NCBI GenBank assembly: GCA_036337435.1
Contig: JAYZEG010000011.1
Location: 63,886-127,885, forward strand
Length of the DNA stretch: 64,000 nucleotides
Direction of reading: 5' to 3'
Source of the DNA: Myxococcota bacterium
GTDB lineage: Bacteria > Myxococcota_A > Bradymonadia > UBA7976 > UBA1532
Positions 58,148-64,000 of the stretch are shown here, piece after piece. A program made the translations under genes and the position numbers. The notes under the pieces are model-generated. The model was not told the DNA's origin. It did not search any database and saw only the letters and a list, made by a program, of their open reading frames with translations. Each line of letters starts with the position of its first letter. Within the stretch, counting starts at the first letter, position 1.

Positions 58148-59476
58148 ATGATAAACCGACTCGTTCGCGCGTCTCTCGCACTTGTCTCCGTACTCGCTCT
58201 GGTGGCATGTGGCGGTGATAGCGACGGTGGCAATGCCGCCGCAGGCAGCCCTTGTTCAGATAGCAGTGATTGTGCCGCTGGTGTATGTGCCAGCATCCCC
58301 TCAGCTGGTCAAATTTGTGTAGAACCCTGTAATGCAGGCATGTGTGCAGCAGGCTTCGCTTGTAGTCAGGACTTCTGTCTACCCGTCGCCGGTGGTGCCG
58401 GTGGTGCCGGAGGTACTGGTGGTACTCTCGATAACGGTGCAGGCGGAACTGGTGGCGGAACAGGTGGCATCGGAGGCGGTACAGGAGGAACGGGTGGCGG
58501 CGCCGGCGGCGCAGGCGGCGGTTCTGGTGGTGCTGGCGGCGGTGCCGGTGGCGCAGGCGGCGGTGCAGACCCTGGCGTTGCTGAGTGTCAATCTCTTGTT
58601 CAATGTTTGAATGGCTGCAATGATGGAGCGTGCCAACAGCAGTGTTTGGGAGCGGCGAGCCCAGAAGCACAAAGCCGATTCCAATCTATCCAAACCTGCA
58701 TCCAAGCGAATCAATGCGCTGACCAGGTCTCCATGATGATAGACCAGCAGTGCTTGGCTGATAATTGCGGCCCAGAACTTGACGCGTGTGGTCTCGGCGG
58801 CGGTGCCGGGCCAATGGGCAACGGAACATGCGACGGTTTGTTCGCCTGCGCAAACCAGTGTCCTATGGGCAACCAAGACTGCATTAACCAATGCATCGAG
58901 TCCACCTCTGAAGAAGGCTGGAACCAGGCGCAATCCCTGTTGCAATGTGGCCAAACAAACTGCCCTGATAGTTCCAACGCATGCCTGCAAGAACAATGCG
59001 CAGACCAATGGAATGCCTGTTTTGGCGCACCAGCCATGCCGAGTGGAAATGGCACCTGTTCTGGATTTCTACAATGCGTCAATGGCATGCAGCAGACTCG
59101 AAATGAATGCATTGAGGCAACAAGCCCTGAATCCTACGCCCTTTTTGAGGCAATCATCTCTTGCGGCTCGGCAAATAACTGCATGACCGATGAGTGTATC
59201 AATGAGAACTGCGGTGCTCAAATCGAGGCATGCACCGTCGATGGTCGTCAATTCGGAATGACCGGTTGCGGTGAGACGCTCACGTGCGTCAATGCCTGCC
59301 CCAATGATGCGAACGCTCAAGCATGCGTCTCGGCGTGTACGGACGCATTGTCTGAAGCTGGCTTCGGTTTATTTCAATCTGTCGCATCATGCGTAACTGA
59401 AAATATGTGCCAGGCTCTCAGCGCCGAGGCATGCGCAGCATGTGCTAACGACATCAACGCCTGTAACGCCAACTAA
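58148..59476 (+). CDS. Lipoprotein with Gly-rich stalk and four Cys-rich helical repeats
   Basis: GGAG RBS; lipobox LVA-C; an 8-Cys module, Gly linker, then repeats with 10, 10, 8 and 10 Cys (47 Cys in total). Confidence 0.85.
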   Translation: MINRLVRASLALVSVLALVACGGDSDGGNAAAGSPCSDSSDCAAGVCASIPSAGQICVEPCNAGMCAAGFACSQDFCLPVAGGAGGAGGTGGTLDNGAGGTGGGTGGIGGGTGGTGGGAGGAGGGSGGAGGGAGGAGGGADPGVAECQSLVQCLNGCNDGACQQQCLGAASPEAQSRFQSIQTCIQANQCADQVSMMIDQQCLADNCGPELDACGLGGGAGPMGNGTCDGLFACANQCPMGNQDCINQCIESTSEEGWNQAQSLLQCGQTNCPDSSNACLQEQCADQWNACFGAPAMPSGNGTCSGFLQCVNGMQQTRNECIEATSPESYALFEAIISCGSANNCMTDECINENCGAQIEACTVDGRQFGMTGCGETLTCVNACPNDANAQACVSACTDALSEAGFGLFQSVASCVTENMCQALSAEACAACANDINACNAN

Positions 59477-59531
59477 GCCCTCGGCGACAGAGGGGGGAGT
59501 CTGGATATGCCGAGAGACGCTGTTTGAGCGC

Positions 59532-60065
59532 ATGTCCAGATTTACCCCATTTCAATACCTAGCGCCTTTTTTCACGGCGTCATTCCTTAAATTCTGTACG
59601 GTTGGTGCCAGTGGCGTCGTCGTCAACCTGGGTATGTTGGCTCTACTCAGGCAGCTCGATACGAGAAGCTCGTTCGCATCGGCTATCGCCATATTTATTT
59701 CCATCATCACCAACTTCATCATGAATGAGTTGTGGACCTTCAGAGACCGGCGAACGACCTCAGGAATGGTGATGCGCGCCCTTCGATTTCAGCTGGTCTC
59801 GTTGGTTGGCGCCCTCGTCCAATGGACCGTGTTCTTGGTGTCTAACGTGGCTTTGTTGGCTCTTATTTTCGGCGACGGGCCATTTGATCAATATCTTGGC
59901 GAGGCGGGTCAGACCTTAAGTGCAAAGCTCAAGACTTTGGTGGTCAAACCGCCCGAGATCGGTGGCTACATCTATTTGTCTCAACTCATCGGCATTGCGG
60001 TTGCGACGGTTTGGAATTACCTAGCGAACTTCAACTGGACCTGGGGCTCAAAAGACGGCGCTTAA
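59532..60065 (+). CDS. GtrA family membrane protein
   Basis: FLKFC.VGASGVVVN, NF..N..WTF, WNY..N..WTW. Confidence 0.85.
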   Translation: MSRFTPFQYLAPFFTASFLKFCTVGASGVVVNLGMLALLRQLDTRSSFASAIAIFISIITNFIMNELWTFRDRRTTSGMVMRALRFQLVSLVGALVQWTVFLVSNVALLALIFGDGPFDQYLGEAGQTLSAKLKTLVVKPPEIGGYIYLSQLIGIAVATVWNYLANFNWTWGSKDGA

Positions 60066-60397
60066 TCTAGGTCGTCGGCGATCTGGTCCCGCAGCCCTTG
60101 GATTTCACCAAGGGCCTTTTGATGATTGAGCTGAGCTGCGTATTCGAGTCCACTATCGAGCGCGTCGAGCGCAGATTCAATGTCATCCAGATCATAGAAA
60201 AGTTCGCCCAGCTGGTAGTATATATAGACCTCTGGGTTCTCCCCTCCAAGTGCCTTTTTGAGCAGTATGATCGCATCTTCGTTTCGACCGAGAGCCTTGT
60301 ATTCCAAGGCGAGACCATAAAGTGCAAAGGGATCATCCGGATTCTCTGCCAGCATGCCCTTCAGTGCGGCAATTCGATTGTCTCTGGCGTCTACCAT
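60062..60397 (-). CDS. Small TPR protein
   Basis: P.DPF..YGLALEY, YYQLG. Confidence 0.8.
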   Translation of the reverse strand: MVDARDNRIAALKGMLAENPDDPFALYGLALEYKALGRNEDAIILLKKALGGENPEVYIYYQLGELFYDLDDIESALDALDSGLEYAAQLNHQKALGEIQGLRDQIADDLD

Positions 60398-61620
60398 AAG
60401 ATGCGCAACCGAATTGTTTCGTCGTATGACAAAAGCTGCTCGCGCAGTTCAGCTTCTCGATCTGACGCTGCAATATCGAGAATTAAATATGAGTAATTTG
60501 GGTTCGACTGCAGGTATTCGGCCGCAATGTTAATTCCCAATTTGGCGATCCCCGTATGGAGCTTGCTGAGAACACCGGGGACGTTGTGGTGAAAGTGGAT
60601 GATGCGGTGATGATTTGCATGTAATCTAGGCAGCTGGACGGCTGGAACATTTACGGCCGATGCCGTCGCACCATTATTCATTAACCGAATCAACCGGGTT
60701 GCTGCTGATTCAGCGATGTTTTTTTGCGCCTCGATGGTCGAACCGCCGATGTGCGGTGTGAGAATCACATTGTCCAAGCCTTGTAGTGGACTTTGAAAAG
60801 GCTCGTCATTCGATGCAGGCTCGCTGGGAAATACATCGACAGCAGCCCCTGCTAAATGGCCCGTCTCAAGGGCTATTTTTAATGCGTCTAGGTCAACGAC
60901 ATTCCCGCGAGCATTGTTGATCAGGTAAGCACCCTGCTTCATGCATGCGATTTCTGGCTGGCCGATCAGATTGCCGGTCATGGCTGTGGCCGGTACATGA
61001 AGAGTGACGACATCCGAGTTTTCCAGTAGGTCATTGAGCGATGCTGCTTCTTGTGCGTTCCCCATGGGTAGGACATCGACAATATCGTGATAAATGACCT
61101 GCATGCCCATGGCTTCAGCCAACACGGAGACTTGCGAGCCGATCCGTCCATACCCGATGATCCCTAAAGTACGCCCGCGGATTTCATGAGCGCCTAGGGC
61201 TGACTTCATCCATTGACCCGCGTGCATGCCAGCAGATCGATCAAAAAGTCGTCTATGCAATGCGACAATTTCTGAAATGACCAACTCTGCGACCGAGCGC
61301 GTATTTTGGAAGGGTGCATTAAAGACGGGGACACCGTGGGCCGCAGCGGCGTCCAAGTCTACCTGGTTGGTCCCGATGCAAAAACAACCGATGCCCCAAA
61401 GGTGTTTGGCGGCTTTGAAAAAATCCTCTCGGAGATGAGTCTTTGATCTCAAGCCAATGAGATGAGCATCTCCGGCAACATCGATGAGTTCTTGACCCTG
61501 ATATGCCACGGCATGGGTTTCTACTTGGAAACCAGCATCCCTCAAAAGGTGTGCTGCACGTTCGTGGACACCCTCTAGTAGGACGACTTTGATTTTCTTT
61601 AATGGATAGGACGTTTTCAT
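60391..61620 (-). CDS. serA: D-3-phosphoglycerate dehydrogenase
   Basis: GLRSKT, CFCIGTNQVDL, GIIGYGRIG, LTPHIGGST.EAQ, ACT domain H.NVPGVL. Confidence 0.95.
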   Translation of the reverse strand: MKTSYPLKKIKVVLLEGVHERAAHLLRDAGFQVETHAVAYQGQELIDVAGDAHLIGLRSKTHLREDFFKAAKHLWGIGCFCIGTNQVDLDAAAAHGVPVFNAPFQNTRSVAELVISEIVALHRRLFDRSAGMHAGQWMKSALGAHEIRGRTLGIIGYGRIGSQVSVLAEAMGMQVIYHDIVDVLPMGNAQEAASLNDLLENSDVVTLHVPATAMTGNLIGQPEIACMKQGAYLINNARGNVVDLDALKIALETGHLAGAAVDVFPSEPASNDEPFQSPLQGLDNVILTPHIGGSTIEAQKNIAESAATRLIRLMNNGATASAVNVPAVQLPRLHANHHRIIHFHHNVPGVLSKLHTGIAKLGINIAAEYLQSNPNYSYLILDIAASDREAELREQLLSYDETIRLRILW

Positions 61621-61888
61621 TGGTGCCTCCGTTTCGGTGCGGACCATATCTTGATTAGCCTCTGAAGAGAACGCCTTCTCGCATCATCTGGGGTCTGACT
61701 GTCTTCTCTAACATGTGCAAGTTCATTTTTTTGCAGCGGTCAGAGAAGAAAGCAAGAGATAGACGCACCCGCAGGCGGTTTGAGCGATTCCCTGCCCAGC
61801 CTTTTTCAGACGTCGACCCAAAGGGTCCGATCATGTTTTTCATGCTCTGCGGAAAGGTCGCCGAAACCAGGCCATCAGGGGGTATGGT

Positions 61889-62398
61889 TCATCCTGTTTT
61901 GATGAAGGTACCATGCTCGGGTGATTTCTGGACGCCTGGAAATGACAGTATTTTATTGTGGATCGCGAGGTAGACGCCCGCATCTAGAATCTGAACAGAC
62001 AAAAGTGCTTCTGTGACGTTTTGTACCGCATCAGTGTGCTTCATTTCGTAGGGGCGCATCGCGCCTGTAAAGACGATGGGCACGGTCAGGTTGGGGTTCA
62101 GTTTCAAAGTCCTATCACCCGATTCAGTGAGTCGATCCGTCCCGTGGACGACCACAACGCCATCGTGTAATTCAGCCATCGCGCCTGCCGTTCTGGCAAT
62201 TAAGGTATGGTCGGCGTCGCTCATTGTTAGGCTATCTTTGTTCATCAGCGGAACCCGGATGAGCTCTACACCCCGTAATTGCAAGGAGGCGAGTAAGACA
62301 TCGAGCACATTGACTTGATTCGCCATCACGCCGCTCATTTCATCGTATGTCTTCTCGATGGTGCCTCCGGTCGAGATAAGCGCGATTTTTCTTTTCAT
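61889..62398 (-). CDS. Short single-domain L-asparaginase
   Basis: STGGTIEK, KDSL, HGTD, TGAMRP; 169 aa. The ATG overlaps the upstream stop. Confidence 0.85.
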   Translation of the reverse strand: MKRKIALISTGGTIEKTYDEMSGVMANQVNVLDVLLASLQLRGVELIRVPLMNKDSLTMSDADHTLIARTAGAMAELHDGVVVVHGTDRLTESGDRTLKLNPNLTVPIVFTGAMRPYEMKHTDAVQNVTEALLSVQILDAGVYLAIHNKILSFPGVQKSPEHGTFIKTG

Positions 62399-63492
62399 GA
62401 GATTGACCGTCCACTGTCCTTTACTGGGCTTAGCAACGCCGAGGAAATGTCGCCGATCGTTGGGCAGCCACAGAGTGCCATGGCTTCTAGCAATTCTGAA
62501 CGTAAAAGGCCAAGAGTTGTCTCTACGCCCGTCTGACCGTCGTAGGCCAGTCCCCAAATAATAGGTCGTCCAACCAAAACGGCTTTAGCACCTAAGGCTA
62601 AGGCTTTGACGATGTCCGTTCCCCGGCGGATTGCGCCGTCGACCAAAACATCAATTTCTCCAGCGATGGCCTCCACAATATAGGGAAGTGCCATGGAAGT
62701 GGGTGGGGCTGTATCGAGTTGGCGTCCACCATGGTTGGAGACGATGACAGCGGCGGCACCGCAATTCATGGCCCTGGTCGCGTCATCTGGATGTATAATC
62801 CCCTTGATAACAATCGGAAGCTGAGTCTGAGTTCGCAACCATTCGACATCACTCCAAGTGACGGATGGATCGAGCATGTCACGAACATACTTTGCCAGAG
62901 CGGAACCGCTTTCGATCCGGTGCAAGCTGTTCAAGCCTGACGCTTTGAGGTTGGCTATTTCAAGGGTTGAGGGCAGATGGAAAGACGTTTGTTGATCACC
63001 TTCTCTGGTGCCGATCTCTGCCGCGTCAACGGTGAGTACGATCGCTTTGTAGCCTGCAGCGTCAGCTCTCTGGACCAGTGATTTGGTGATCTCGCGGTCC
63101 TTGTAGACGTACAGTTGGAACCAAAGGGGTCGCGTCGCATCCTCGGCTAGAGTCTCCAGTGACACATTGGATAGGGTGCTGATGCAGGCAATTGTCCCAA
63201 AAGCACCTGCAGCTCTCACTGTGGCACTCTCCGCATCCTGATGCGCTAAGCCGTGAAATGCGGTCGGTGCAATCAGGACGGGTGCGGAAAGCTCGGTCCC
63301 CAGCACTGATGTTGAGCAATCCCTTTGCGAAACATCGACAAGTACTCGATACCACAGGTGAATTTTATCCCAAGTGGCTCGATTCATCCGAAGAGTGATT
63401 TCATCTCTCGACCCACCACGAAAATATGTGGCCGCCATCTGACTCATGTGTGAATAAGCAATCTCTTCTAGGTCGTAGAGCGATTGAATCAT
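62395..63492 (-). CDS. FMN-dependent alpha-hydroxy acid oxidase
   Basis: WFQLY, LTVD, KGI...DA, VSNHGGRQLD, DG.IRRG.D..KALALGA, GRP. Confidence 0.93.
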   Translation of the reverse strand: MIQSLYDLEEIAYSHMSQMAATYFRGGSRDEITLRMNRATWDKIHLWYRVLVDVSQRDCSTSVLGTELSAPVLIAPTAFHGLAHQDAESATVRAAGAFGTIACISTLSNVSLETLAEDATRPLWFQLYVYKDREITKSLVQRADAAGYKAIVLTVDAAEIGTREGDQQTSFHLPSTLEIANLKASGLNSLHRIESGSALAKYVRDMLDPSVTWSDVEWLRTQTQLPIVIKGIIHPDDATRAMNCGAAAVIVSNHGGRQLDTAPPTSMALPYIVEAIAGEIDVLVDGAIRRGTDIVKALALGAKAVLVGRPIIWGLAYDGQTGVETTLGLLRSELLEAMALCGCPTIGDISSALLSPVKDSGRSIS

Positions 63493-63608
63493 TTGGATGG
63501 CTATCTCGTCTTTCCGCTTTGCTTTGGTTTTGCGAACTGTATCGCGGAGTTGATTACAACTCCGTTTTTATTGTGAACAAGCTTACCCTGCTGAGCAAGC
63601 AACACCAT

Positions 63609-64000
63609 TCAGGCATGTTTTGAAATGATTGTGACCATCAAAGCAATGGCTAAAATGAGGGTTCCGTTTAAAGTCATGCTGATCCAAAGTGCGGAACGCG
63701 TCCATTCTCTAAGCTGCAAATGGCCCGCATCATCATCACTCTGTTGCGCTAAGCCTTCAGGGGGGTTACCGAGTCTCGGAGACTCTAACTGGAAACTGAG
63801 GACATCAAAAATATCTACTGAATCGTCAGATTGGGATGGCGCGTTTTCCTGAACGCACGCAAGTGCATGTTCCTGAAGCCTGAGAACTGGAATGTCTCGC
63901 AAAGTTGGCATTGAACGCTCAGTACTTGTGGCCTGCTCATTGAGCACTTCCAACAACTTCCTGAGCATCGACCGGGCATCGGGGAATCGGGCCTCAGGTT
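63609..64000 (-). CDS. C-terminal part of a probable membrane-anchored Ser/Thr kinase (truncated by the window edge)
   Basis: The frame is open to the window end and reads PEARFPDARSML..L, resembling kinase subdomain XI; ends in a hydrophobic helix. Confidence 0.55.
   Translation of the reverse strand, partial: PEARFPDARSMLRKLLEVLNEQATSTERSMPTLRDIPVLRLQEHALACVQENAPSQSDDSVDIFDVLSFQLESPRLGNPPEGLAQQSDDDAGHLQLREWTRSALWISMTLNGTLILAIALMVTIISKHA

Noticed and set aside
61655..61843. 62-aa ORF between the asparaginase and serA
   Set aside because: No recognisable features; more likely the serA upstream region.
1..64000. Mobile elements, prophage, rRNA/tRNA, defence systems and carotenoid genes
   Set aside because: I recognised no integrase, transposase, phage structural, RNA-gene or crt signatures by eye; short RNAs could have been missed without a covariance search.

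Overview
Gene-dense bacterial chromosome window (roughly mid-50s % GC by eye). The gene repertoire (Myxococcus Cys-rich repeats, Gly-stalk lipoproteins, kinase-ATPase-TPR protein, FAAL/type III PKS operon, CarH-type regulator) points to Myxococcota or a related deltaproteobacterium; this is inference. I saw no rRNA, tRNA, CRISPR array or transposase. Main blocks: (1) 0.3-12.6 kb, exported and Cys-rich lipoproteins, a lipase and a renalase-like oxidoreductase; (2) 12.6-31.5 kb, a light-response neighbourhood with a class II photolyase, B12-dependent MerR photoreceptor (CarH/LitR type), ECF sigma, RudS/YbgA, fasciclin, TIGR01777 and SRPBCC genes, which encloses a complete ftpABCDE-like type III PKS operon and two extra O-methyltransferases. 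The PKS and UbiG-like promoters share sequence motifs with the carH/ECF intergenic region, and no carotenoid genes are in the window. (3) 31.7-40.4 kb, a propeller-dihaem protein, IorAB-type Mo enzyme and MepA-LysM; (4) 40.4-52 kb, a DUF1501 operon ending in a GH36-like gene lacking its acid/base Asp, plus a large FG-GAP protein; (5) 52-59.5 kb, kinase - NRDE - atypical DUF692 (MNIO) - partner - 47-Cys lipoprotein; (6) housekeeping genes (gtrA-like, serA, short asparaginase, alpha-hydroxy acid oxidase). The best candidates for an undescribed system are a putatively CarH/light-controlled type III polyketide pathway and the divergent MNIO locus. All family assignments come from motif recognition by eye, without database searches.
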